From a virus: 64,000 nucleotides of DNA. The stretch lies in the IMG/VR virus record IMGVR_UViG_3300015607_001859; one strand, 5' to 3'. The notes beneath the pieces were generated by a model. That model did not search any database. It was given only the letters and a program-made list of their open reading frames with translations, and had not been told where the DNA came from. Positions 47,877 through 56,956 of the stretch are shown one piece after another (the first letter of the stretch is position 1; each line of letters opens with the position of its first letter). The position numbers and the translations under genes are program-made.

Positions 47877-49059
47877 CGCGACGATACCGTTGCTGGGCGC
47901 GCTCGAGCAGGCGGTGCAGCGTGATGTATTGGTGATCTATGCTACACGCCGCAGCGGCTGGGGAATGTCACTGCCGCAGTTCGTATCGCTCGTTGGCGGG
48001 CCGTTGCAGCGCGCGCGCACGGAACTGCTGGCAGCGGTCGACGAGTGCGATCTGAAGCCCGCAGACCAGGTCTCAATGGTGCTGCGCTATCTGGACCTGG
48101 TGCCGGATGCTCCGGGCGCGCCAACGCTATTGGACAACATCGGAGCGTTTCGCGACCAGCAGCGGCAACTGCGGATGCAACAGGAGCTGGAAGGGCTGGC
48201 CGACCGTCCAGCGCCAGCGAGCCTACCGGCTGCCCCGGCAGTCGCAACTGCACCGGCGCAACCGCAGCTGGCCGCCGCCGCGATCGCAGCCGTGGCTGGC
48301 GCTGGTTACGTATCGCCAATGCAGCAGCAGACTCAGCCGACGGCACCTGCCGCTACGGTGCCGCAGGTGCACGCCCCCGCGATGCCCACGTGGACGGCGC
48401 CTGCGCCAAGCGTCGTCGCGCCCCAAGCGCCCGCGCCCGCGCCAGCCCCGGCGCCGCAGCAAAGTACAAACGCCGCCGTGGCCAGGCATCGCGGTGCGCG
48501 CTGCGCGTATCGTCTCGGAGCCGAGCCGATTCCGGCGACAGTCCGTGGCGCCTACGACGCACACGCGGACATCGTGACAGACGCGGGCGTGGTTTACGAG
48601 CAGGTGCTGTGGCACTACCTGGACGCCTACGGCGGTGAAAACGTTCGTACGGCGCCGCTGGCCGCGCCGACAGTCGCGGCCGTCGAGACTACGTCGACGC
48701 AGCCGGAAGGGGTGGTGACGCACGGGCTGCTCTGCTGTGACGTGGTGGAGCCCGGAACCGGTCAGACTGTGCGCTTGATTCTTGACAGTGTCAGCGGCGG
48801 TCCCGGCATGGCCCAAAGACTCAGCCTGCGTCTCGAAACCACCGACCACGCCGTGCTGGCCCAGGCCGTGTATCCGCGCGCTGCGTTGCGCCAGCCGCAG
48901 GCGCTGCGCGTGGCGCACAACGGAGTTGTTATCGGCTACGACGTGACGATCCAGGACGGCGGGCCGACGCCAGCGGCGAAGAAACCGCGCGGATCCCGTA
49001 AGGCGGCGGAGCCTGGACAGCTCCCGGGGCAGGCGCAACTGCCGTTGGAGGTCACGTGA
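47860..49059 (+). CDS. hypothetical protein with a Pro/Ala/Gln-rich linker
   Basis: 399 aa; GGGAG RBS; low-complexity middle. Confidence 0.6.
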   Translation: MNHDVSATIPLLGALEQAVQRDVLVIYATRRSGWGMSLPQFVSLVGGPLQRARTELLAAVDECDLKPADQVSMVLRYLDLVPDAPGAPTLLDNIGAFRDQQRQLRMQQELEGLADRPAPASLPAAPAVATAPAQPQLAAAAIAAVAGAGYVSPMQQQTQPTAPAATVPQVHAPAMPTWTAPAPSVVAPQAPAPAPAPAPQQSTNAAVARHRGARCAYRLGAEPIPATVRGAYDAHADIVTDAGVVYEQVLWHYLDAYGGENVRTAPLAAPTVAAVETTSTQPEGVVTHGLLCCDVVEPGTGQTVRLILDSVSGGPGMAQRLSLRLETTDHAVLAQAVYPRAALRQPQALRVAHNGVVIGYDVTIQDGGPTPAAKKPRGSRKAAEPGQLPGQAQLPLEVT

Positions 49060-50540
49060 CCTCCAACGCGGGTCGTGCTGGCAGCAGCGCGTTGCGCGCA
49101 AGGACCGTGTTGGTATGTGGCGACACGGTCCTCGATCGCATTGCGCCGGACGCGGAGTCTGCAGCTCTCGCTGCGGCAGAGATCGGCGCCGGCGAAAGTG
49201 CTTTGTGGAGCGCTGCGACGCGCGCCGCGGCGCTCACTACGACAGCCGGAGGTGCCGCGCGTGCTGCGCGGTGGGCGGCTACGCTGGCTCCCACCACGTG
49301 CTGCTGGCCGCGTAACGTGGCGCCGCCGACGTCCAGGCTGCGTCAACTGCGCTATCACGCCGCCGGCGGCGCGGTAGCCGCGCGCTACTACGATCACACA
49401 GGGCGCTGCTTACTGCGATTGGGGGCGTCTGCGACATCGTGCCCTACCGACGCGTTGACGCCGGACGTGCTATGCGTGGTCGATCACGACTCCGCGCGCC
49501 ACAGCACGCCGCGCGCCATACGGCGTATGGAGTGCGGGTGGGGTCTTGGGCATCACACTGAGAATCCGTGTACCGTGTTCAGCACCAAGGATACCGGAGC
49601 AGTCTCGGCGCTGGCCAGGTGGCCGCGTCGCATTGTGCAGTGGGCGGGGTCAGCTGCCGACGTGCGTGATCTGTGTCGGATCGGGGCCGCGTGTCACCGA
49701 ACGAGCGCGTTACTGCTGACCGCCGGCGTGGATGGCGCGTGGTTGTGGTACCGGCAGAAGGTTCACGAGATTGCACCGGGGTACCGCAGCGCGTGTGCGC
49801 ACAACATCGGCGCCGGGGACATCGTATCGGGGCTGCTGGCGGGGCTGTTGGCGCGTGACGGTCACGCTCCGTTGCTGACCCTCGCGGCGCGCGCAGTCAG
49901 GTCGGCGTCGTACGTACTGGCGCAACCGCCGCGCCGGGCCGCCGACGAGTCAGCGGCGCTGCCCGTGGACAGGCAGCCTGGCGTGCCGCGCAGACAGTAC
50001 CGGTATGAGCGTCGCATGGCGGCGGCGCTGCATACCACACGTGCACGCGTGGCTGCGATGCTGATCGGGCGGAAAGCCGTGTTTGTACCGGGATGCTTCG
50101 ATATGTTGCACGCGGGGCACGAGGCCGTGCTGCGCGCGGCCAGCCAACTCCACGCGGATCGACGCCGCGCGTTCGTTGTCGGACTGTGCTCAGACGATAG
50201 CATCAAGCGCGCAAAGGGCGCCGACAGACCCCTGCAGCGATTCGCGCTCAGAGCTGCCGCTGTCGCGGCGTGCATGCTACAACTGGTAAGACCAGATGAC
50301 GTCGTCTACGTCGTGCAGTACGACTACGGATACGACGTGGATGTCATGCGCGAACTAAGCGCGCGCTGGGCGGCGCTGGTAAAAGGTGCGGACTGGTGCG
50401 GCTGTAGCATCCCGGGATCCAAACAGGCGGATCAGGTAGTGCTCGTGCCTACCGTACCTGGCGTATCTACAACGCTTATCGCGCAGGCCATGCTGGCGCG
50501 CGCTGGAGGTTACGATGGCGACTGCAGCAGCGCTGTTTGA
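49056..50540 (+). CDS. hldE: HldE/RfaE-like bifunctional heptose-7-phosphate kinase / heptose-1-phosphate nucleotidyltransferase
   Basis: VLVCGDTVLDR, GGAA and GAGD (PfkB); PGCFDMLHAGH, GLCSDDSIKRAKGADRP, LVKGADW and GVSTT (nucleotidyltransferase). Confidence 0.8.
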   Translation: MTSNAGRAGSSALRARTVLVCGDTVLDRIAPDAESAALAAAEIGAGESALWSAATRAAALTTTAGGAARAARWAATLAPTTCCWPRNVAPPTSRLRQLRYHAAGGAVAARYYDHTGRCLLRLGASATSCPTDALTPDVLCVVDHDSARHSTPRAIRRMECGWGLGHHTENPCTVFSTKDTGAVSALARWPRRIVQWAGSAADVRDLCRIGAACHRTSALLLTAGVDGAWLWYRQKVHEIAPGYRSACAHNIGAGDIVSGLLAGLLARDGHAPLLTLAARAVRSASYVLAQPPRRAADESAALPVDRQPGVPRRQYRYERRMAAALHTTRARVAAMLIGRKAVFVPGCFDMLHAGHEAVLRAASQLHADRRRAFVVGLCSDDSIKRAKGADRPLQRFALRAAAVAACMLQLVRPDDVVYVVQYDYGYDVDVMRELSARWAALVKGADWCGCSIPGSKQADQVVLVPTVPGVSTTLIAQAMLARAGGYDGDCSSAV

Positions 50541-50988
50541 CGCGATATACGCAGAGGCGGAGCGTGCCAGCTGTTGCGTCATGCGGGCAACGCTGAGCAC
50601 GCTGAGACCGGCAGCGCCAAACCCGGCGACAATAGAAATTCCCGAATTTTTGCAACCGCCGGCGCGGATTGGCCGCCAAGTCATGATCGGCGCCGACCAG
50701 TTCGGGCTCGCTACGGCGTGTGTCGAAGCGTTTTCCGAGTTTCGCGCCGAGATCAACAGCGCCGCGCGTATGCGCGGTATGATCAGAAAACGCGGCGCCG
50801 ACCATGACGCAGAGGACGCGTTGCCGCCGGAAAAATGTCCGGCATGCGGTGACGACGTGTGCGGTTACTACCAGCCAGGGATGCCATTCATCCCGGGCCT
50901 GACGCGGCTTCCAAGCGTCATGGTTGCCGTAATTGCCGTGGCAGAAGGCCCGGACGGCACCGACGCGGACTCAGATGACACTGACTAA
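50515..50988 (+). CDS. hypothetical protein (CxxC)
   Basis: GGAGG RBS; CPAC motif. Confidence 0.5.
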   Translation: MATAAALFDAIYAEAERASCCVMRATLSTLRPAAPNPATIEIPEFLQPPARIGRQVMIGADQFGLATACVEAFSEFRAEINSAARMRGMIRKRGADHDAEDALPPEKCPACGDDVCGYYQPGMPFIPGLTRLPSVMVAVIAVAEGPDGTDADSDDTD

Positions 50989-51026
50989 CGCCATAACGGC
51001 GCGCAGCACAAGGAAAACAGAACGCG

Positions 51027-52199
51027 ATGTTAACTTCAAATCTGCCGGCGCTGTACAAGCGCACGGCGTCCGGAGCAATCGAGGTTTGGCAGATCGTCGT
51101 ACGCGCCGAGACAGACGGAACGGCTACGATCGTGACGACATACGGACATGTCGACGGCGCGCAGCAGACGGCGTACGACCGGGTGACTGCAGGCAAGAAC
51201 GCAGGCAAGAAAAACGCGACGACGCCGCTGGAGCAGGCGCTGCGCGAGGCCGAGGCCAAGTGGACCAAGCAGCGCGACCGCAAGCACTATGGCACCGATC
51301 CGGGCGGCGTGGAATCGGCGGCTAAGCGCGCGGCAGCGCCGATGCTCGCGCAGGACTTAGCGGACAGGCTGGGCAAGCGCGGCGGAATCGACTGGAGCGG
51401 TATCAACTTCGGGCAGCCGAAGCTGGACGGGCATCGAATGCTCGTGAGAAAGTCAGACGGGCGCGTTTCCTGCGTGAGCCGGTCTGGAAAGGACATCACC
51501 ACGCTGGATCACCTGCAGCAGATCCTGTCGGACGCAATCCCGGATGGGGAAACGTTCGACGGGGAACTGTATGCGCGGCCGGACGAGCTACCGCCGTGGG
51601 ACGAGGCTGCGGAGGGGAAACCCGAACCGAACCACTTCGACCGCCTGGCCAGCTTGATCAGGAGGAAGCAGCCGGGTACCGAAGTTATCCGGTATCACGT
51701 GTACGACACTGTCAGCCCAGCTGACTACGAGTCGCGACTATCGGTTATCGAAGACGTGATCGGCAGCGGGCTGGACGGCCTGGTTCTGCCAGTCGAAACA
51801 GTGCGCGTCGACGGGCATGAGCACCTGCAGCGACTGCACGAGGACTGGGTGGCAGCCGGCTGGGAAGGGGCTATGTTGCGCCTGCCCGGGCCGTACGAGG
51901 CAGGAAAGCGGTCAACGCTGCTGCTGAAGGTAAAGGACTGGCGCGAGATCGAGTTGCCGGTCCAGGCGGTGCGCGAGGCCGAAGGCAACGCCGCGGGACA
52001 GGCGATGCTGGTGTGCACGTTGCCGGACGGCGGCACGGTGTCCGTGCTGGCTCCCGGGACGGTAGCGCAGAAACGCGCAGCGTGGGCCGATCGCGAGCAA
52101 CTGATCGGGAAGCTGGTCACGATCAAACACTTCGGGCCGCTTACCACCAACGACAGCCTGCGGTTTCCGTCCGCGCTGCGCTGGCGTAACGACGTATGA
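51027..52199 (+). CDS. lig: ATP-dependent DNA ligase with an N-terminal WGR-like domain
   Basis: PMLA, QPKLDGHR (KxDG), FDGELY, YHVYD, WEGAMLR, LLKVK, LRFP. Confidence 0.92.
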   Translation: MLTSNLPALYKRTASGAIEVWQIVVRAETDGTATIVTTYGHVDGAQQTAYDRVTAGKNAGKKNATTPLEQALREAEAKWTKQRDRKHYGTDPGGVESAAKRAAAPMLAQDLADRLGKRGGIDWSGINFGQPKLDGHRMLVRKSDGRVSCVSRSGKDITTLDHLQQILSDAIPDGETFDGELYARPDELPPWDEAAEGKPEPNHFDRLASLIRRKQPGTEVIRYHVYDTVSPADYESRLSVIEDVIGSGLDGLVLPVETVRVDGHEHLQRLHEDWVAAGWEGAMLRLPGPYEAGKRSTLLLKVKDWREIELPVQAVREAEGNAAGQAMLVCTLPDGGTVSVLAPGTVAQKRAAWADREQLIGKLVTIKHFGPLTTNDSLRFPSALRWRNDV

Positions 52200-52402
52200 T
52201 CGCCGCAGAGGCTGTTGCGTCGTACGAACGCATACTGCGCCGAGTCAGGCAGCGTGTGTTTGCGTACGAGGAAGCTGGGCGCGGCGCACAGGCCGCGCGC
52301 GTAATACGGGCAATCAAGGCGCGCTGCATGCCCTACTGGGAGGCGCGGGCGGCTGCGCGCCGCCGCCAGTACGAAGATCGCGTCATGCGGACCTGGGAGT
52401 GA
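52196..52402 (+). CDS. small hypothetical protein
   Basis: ATGA/GTGA coupled; 68 aa. Confidence 0.5.
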   Translation: MIAAEAVASYERILRRVRQRVFAYEEAGRGAQAARVIRAIKARCMPYWEARAAARRRQYEDRVMRTWE

Positions 52403-52602
52403 GCGGTACGGCGTCTAACGACAAAACAGGCAGCGGACGCGCGAGACCGCAGTGTAAGCCAGCGTGGCCGCTGCGCTGCCGCTACTGTGGCGCAGTGTTG
52501 CGCCGCGATTACGAACCGGACGGTAGGCACTGTCCGACGCAAAACTGTCAGTGGCAGCACGGCGTGCCGCTGAGCGCCAAAGGCGCGGGAGACGCGGGGT
52601 GA
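52399..52602 (+). CDS. small zinc-ribbon protein
   Basis: CRYC...CPTQNC; GTGA overlaps. Confidence 0.55.
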   Translation: MSGTASNDKTGSGRARPQCKPAWPLRCRYCGAVLRRDYEPDGRHCPTQNCQWQHGVPLSAKGAGDAG

Positions 52603-52742
52603 CCAACAAGTTAACGGCAATCGATCTCTTCTGCGGTGCTGGAGGTTCGTCCCACGGGGCGGAGCGCGACGTCACGCGTATGATTGGTAACTCGGTGCCG
52701 CCGTCGATACCGGAGAGCATCACGAAACAACTTGCGGGGTAG
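52599..52742 (+). pseudogene. collapsed C5-cytosine DNA methyltransferase remnant (47 aa)
   Basis: Motif I (IDLFCGAGG) joined in frame directly to motif X (MIGNSVPP). Confidence 0.8.
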
Positions 52743-52745
52743 GTT

Positions 52746-53876
52746 ATGTCTGGCTTTGTCTTCACGGCGGATTGCCATCTGTCGCGGCTGATCTGGAACA
52801 AGCGCCCAACGTTGGTCGGCGATTCGTGGCTGGCGTTTACAGCGCTTGTGGATCACTGCGTGCAGCAGCGCGCGCCGTTACTGATTGGCGGCGACCTGTT
52901 CGATAAGACGCAACCTGACTCAGCGTCTGTGGTAATGTTCTCGCGCGCGATGGATCGCATGCAGCAGGCAGGCTTGCCGGTGTGGTTTACGCAGGGGCAG
53001 CACGAAAACGCGACGCCGCCATGGGCGTCGTGCCATCCGCATCCGCGACACGCGCACGGACAGCTGTTCGAGTTGCCTGGCGTTCACGGCAAGTTCTATG
53101 GCCTGGACTGGCAGCCGCTGGGAAAGGCCAAGGACGCGCTGCGCGCGGTTCCGCCGGAAGCCACGTGGCTGTTGTGCCACCAGGTGTGGCTCGAGCACAT
53201 GGGCGACCACATTACTACGCCGGAGTGCTCCATCGCCGACGTGCCTGAGTCTGTGACGTGCGTGCTCACGGGTGACTACCACGTGCACCAGGTCACGACG
53301 CACATGACGTTGCGCGGTATGCGGTACCTGGTGAGTCCCGGAGCGCTGCGGCCGCGAAATATCGCCGACGCGCACCTGCCATCGACGGCGTATTCCGTTG
53401 ATGGTGGCGCCCCAGGGCCGCAGTCGTTCAGTACGGTCAGCCTGCCAAAGAGGCCGGTCGTAATCGGAACCGTACGTACGCCAGCGGATGTCAGTCAGCT
53501 ACGAAACGCAGTGGATACGCGGCGTACCGGCGACGACGTCGTAGGCGATCCGTTCGTGATAGCGCGCTACAGCAGCCGCGACTGGCCGGACGCGTATGCT
53601 GTGCTGATGGCCTCAATGCCGAGCGGGTGCCACCTGTTTCCGATCGATACGGCGGATGGTGTGCTGCAGCTCGTGACCGACACGACGGCCCCGGCGATCG
53701 ACGCAGCCACGCGGCTTGACGCGCGGCAGCTGCTGACCGCTGTCGTGCAGCGAGTGACCGCGGAGCGCGGCGTGTCCGATTACGCAAGCGATGTCCTGGA
53801 GTTGTTGTTAGCAACAAATTCGCCGGCGCAGTCCGTCGGCGCGTACATCGAACGACACCTATCCGCGCCGGCATGA
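52746..53876 (+). CDS. sbcD: Mre11/SbcD-like DNA repair nuclease
   Basis: TADCH, GGDLFD, GQHE, CHQ, GDYH, SPG phosphoesterase motifs; upstream of the Rad50-like gene. Confidence 0.85.
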   Translation: MSGFVFTADCHLSRLIWNKRPTLVGDSWLAFTALVDHCVQQRAPLLIGGDLFDKTQPDSASVVMFSRAMDRMQQAGLPVWFTQGQHENATPPWASCHPHPRHAHGQLFELPGVHGKFYGLDWQPLGKAKDALRAVPPEATWLLCHQVWLEHMGDHITTPECSIADVPESVTCVLTGDYHVHQVTTHMTLRGMRYLVSPGALRPRNIADAHLPSTAYSVDGGAPGPQSFSTVSLPKRPVVIGTVRTPADVSQLRNAVDTRRTGDDVVGDPFVIARYSSRDWPDAYAVLMASMPSGCHLFPIDTADGVLQLVTDTTAPAIDAATRLDARQLLTAVVQRVTAERGVSDYASDVLELLLATNSPAQSVGAYIERHLSAPA

Positions 53877-53900
53877 GCGCGGAAGAAAGGAATTTCAGTA

Positions 53901-56057
53901 GTGCGTCTGAAAACACTGAAGCTGCGCAACTGGTGCCAGCACCTGGATCGCGAGGTGGAGTTCCACCCGCAGATGAACGTGGTGCTGGGGCCGAACGGCT
54001 CTGGCAAGTCAAACCTGATGAACGCGATCGTGTTCGCGTTGACAGGCACGACGGGCCGTAGCCCGGGCAAGAAAGATGCGAACGTGGCGCAGCTGGCTCC
54101 TGGCAGCGACAGCGCGGCGTTCGTGGACCTTGTGCTTGAGCACGGCGGTATGCGCTTTCAGATTCGGCGCATGCTCGCGGGGCGCGGCAAGACAACGCTC
54201 AAGATCACGGCCGACGAACCGGCGGCTGGTGATCCGACGATATGCGATGTAACCGGCGACAGGCAGGTCTCTCGCGAGCTGGAGAATCATCTGGGGGTCG
54301 GTGCCGAACTGCTCGAGCGCTACGTGTTCATCGCGCAAGGTGCGATGTTCGCGCCGTTCGACCCAAACATCGAACCGGCGGCGCGCATGGTCGCGTTTCA
54401 GCGCCTGTTCGGTGTCGAGCGTGTCGAGGCGTTGTGGCAGCTGCTTGGCGAGCGTTTGCTGACATTGCCGACGATTGAGGTACCGGATACAGCCGCGGCG
54501 CAAGCCGCCGAAATATCGGCACACGCAGACGCTACCAGATTGTACGAGGAGCTGCAGACGTACGAGGACGTGCGCTGCTGGTCGCCGGAGACTGACCCGG
54601 CAACGGCGATGCTCCAGCAGGCGGCGCTGGCCGCGGAAGCGGCCGCGAAGCTGCCCGCGGCGGCGAGCACGCGACGGCACGCTACGACAGCGGCATGGGT
54701 CGCGCGTGGCGCGCTGCGCGCGGCGGCGCTGCGGCATGCTGCAGTGCAAGCAGACTGTCTGCTGCTGTGCGAGCCTGCGCGTGTTGCGCAAGTGCGGCAG
54801 GCTGCGCGTACAGCCTGCGCGTCGGCACTGGCCGCGCGTGCCGTGCACGAACGAAACATCGCCGCGTATACCGCGCAGCTATCGCAGCTGGTGATGCCGC
54901 CGCTGCCGCAGGAGTCGGAGCAGGCAGCGACTGACGCGTGGCAGCGTGCCATGGCGGCAGCGCAACAGGCGGCCACCGCGCGCGATAATCTCAACGCTGC
55001 GCGCGCGAATCCGTACTGTCGTGCGTGCGGGCAGGCCCTGCAGAACATTCCGACGAGCCAGGATGTCGACGCGGCGGCCGCCACCGCGGCCGCTGCTGAA
55101 AATACGGCGCGGTTAGCGCGCGAGCACATGGGCGCTGTCAGTAGCGCCTGGGCGCAGTACCGGCAGGTGGACGCCGCGCGCCGGCAGCTGACCGAGAGCC
55201 TGCAGAGCGCGCAGCGCGCATACGCTAGTGTGACTGTTCCGCCGGATGCGCACGGCGACCCGGCCGCTGACGCGGCCGTGATCGCGCAGGATAGCGCCGC
55301 GCGCGCTGCGCTGGATGTGGCGATGCAGCAGCTGCGGATGTGCGAGCGGGATTACTTCGGCGCCAGGATACGGGCTACTCCGGCGCGGGAGCAGTACCGG
55401 CAGCTGGTAAGAACGCAGAGGGACGCGCCGCGTCCGGAAATTGTGGCGGCCGCGCGCGCAGAGTACGACAGAAAACGAGCGCGGCAGCTGCACGCCGTAG
55501 CACTCGCGGCATCATACGACGCAGCGCGTGCGGCGCTGGCCGCCGCTGCCGAGCGCCGACGCTGCGTGATCGAATTGGCGGCTCGCGCAGCTGCCGCTAA
55601 CGCGACAAGGACCAGGTTGAGCGTTGTGCGAGATCTGCTGCATCGTGACGTGCTGGGCCGCGCAGTGCTCTACGAGTACATGGCCGCGATGCTCACGAGC
55701 ACGAACGCCACGCTCGCGGCATTCGGCGTCGACTTCCGGCTGCACCAGCCCGCTGACGTAATTGACTACGTGGCGGAGTTCGCGGACGGCCGTCGCCAGC
55801 CGATCGGTCGACTATCCGGCGGACAGAAAGTGCTGGCTGCCCTGGCGTTCATGATCTCCGTGAACACAACGTTCGCGGCGCAGATCGGGCTGTTCTGCCC
55901 CGACGAGCCCACAGAGTGGCTCGACGCAGACAACCAGGCTTGTATCGAAACCGCCGTGGCGCGCCTGCGGGCGGCCGCGGCTGAGCGGCAGCTGCAAACC
56001 ATTATGGTGACGCACGCGCCGATTGGCCACTTGTTCGACAACGTGATTCGGCTATGA
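53901..56057 (+). CDS. sbcC: Rad50/SbcC-like SMC ATPase
   Basis: GPNGSGKS, FIAQG Q-loop, coiled coil with CRAC zinc hook, LSGGQK, DEPT..LD, VTH. Confidence 0.9.
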   Translation: MRLKTLKLRNWCQHLDREVEFHPQMNVVLGPNGSGKSNLMNAIVFALTGTTGRSPGKKDANVAQLAPGSDSAAFVDLVLEHGGMRFQIRRMLAGRGKTTLKITADEPAAGDPTICDVTGDRQVSRELENHLGVGAELLERYVFIAQGAMFAPFDPNIEPAARMVAFQRLFGVERVEALWQLLGERLLTLPTIEVPDTAAAQAAEISAHADATRLYEELQTYEDVRCWSPETDPATAMLQQAALAAEAAAKLPAAASTRRHATTAAWVARGALRAAALRHAAVQADCLLLCEPARVAQVRQAARTACASALAARAVHERNIAAYTAQLSQLVMPPLPQESEQAATDAWQRAMAAAQQAATARDNLNAARANPYCRACGQALQNIPTSQDVDAAAATAAAAENTARLAREHMGAVSSAWAQYRQVDAARRQLTESLQSAQRAYASVTVPPDAHGDPAADAAVIAQDSAARAALDVAMQQLRMCERDYFGARIRATPAREQYRQLVRTQRDAPRPEIVAAARAEYDRKRARQLHAVALAASYDAARAALAAAAERRRCVIELAARAAAANATRTRLSVVRDLLHRDVLGRAVLYEYMAAMLTSTNATLAAFGVDFRLHQPADVIDYVAEFADGRRQPIGRLSGGQKVLAALAFMISVNTTFAAQIGLFCPDEPTEWLDADNQACIETAVARLRAAAAERQLQTIMVTHAPIGHLFDNVIRL

Positions 56058-56956
56058 CAACCTACGCACTTGATGTGGCGGATAATTTCGAAGTATGGGC
56101 GCAGCAGCTCGGCGGGCGCCCATATCCTATCGGGAGCCATCCTACTCGGGCGGACCTGACGCAATTTAGCCGGGCGAGTGCCGTGCGCATCTTCGGCGAG
56201 CGGCGCTGCGCGCCGCTCATATCGCGGGCGGCCACGGCTGGCCTGCCTGTGCACGTCGGCGCGCCATGCGCAGACTACGCACTGCGGCTGCTCGATACGC
56301 GGCTGAATATCGCGTTGGGCGAGAGCCCGCAGCCGCGTTCGGTCGGCGGCTGGCACCGGCTGACGGACGAGGAGCTGGCTACGTACAACCTCTGCAGCGT
56401 TATCGACAGCGGGGCGGGTCGGGATGGTATCAGACGCGCGTTGCTGGACCACCCTGCGTGGCCGTACCTCAACTTCATCGATACTATCGACCAAGACGCT
56501 GTCGCGCAGTGGCTCGCACTGGTCATAGATCCGCGCTTTCATATCGCGCCGAAGCGGCCGGAGAGCGTCAATCGTCTGTGTCGGTATCTGCAGGTGGTGC
56601 CGGCGACGGCGCGCGTCTCGCTGGCCGACAGCGAAACACATCCGTTTTGCCAAGCGGTCCAGCGGTACAGACTGACGGTTAAATGCTGGGCGGACTGGAA
56701 CAACCCCCCGCAGCAGCCGTTGGGGCCACGACAGTTCCTGTGGCGCGTTTTCACAGCAACGTTCGTCCGTAAACCGCCAGACGTTGCAGCGGTCCGCGCG
56801 ACGCAGGTTTTTGTACGATACGCGCGCGCGGTGTGGCTGCACGTTCTGGCCGGGGCGGCGGCCGGTCGTGACGGCTTTTTCCACCCCGGAGAGTTCTTCA
56901 AACAACCCGACGAGGTCGAGGCCTTTCGGGCATACGAGGCGGGATTTATACCGTGA
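56054..56956 (+). CDS. divergent IS110/Nop-domain (Tas-like) protein
   Basis: HPAWPYLNFIDTIDQDAVAQWLALVIDPRF...SVNRLCRYL and AAVRATQVFVRYARAVW resemble Transposase_20/Nop helices; YALDV N-terminus. Confidence 0.5.
   Translation: MTTYALDVADNFEVWAQQLGGRPYPIGSHPTRADLTQFSRASAVRIFGERRCAPLISRAATAGLPVHVGAPCADYALRLLDTRLNIALGESPQPRSVGGWHRLTDEELATYNLCSVIDSGAGRDGIRRALLDHPAWPYLNFIDTIDQDAVAQWLALVIDPRFHIAPKRPESVNRLCRYLQVVPATARVSLADSETHPFCQAVQRYRLTVKCWADWNNPPQQPLGPRQFLWRVFTATFVRKPPDVAAVRATQVFVRYARAVWLHVLAGAAAGRDGFFHPGEFFKQPDEVEAFRAYEAGFIP

Noticed and set aside
56054..56956. Active IS110 insertion sequence
   Set aside because: No non-coding ends, no recognisable complete DEDD or catalytic Ser motifs, and translationally coupled on both sides.
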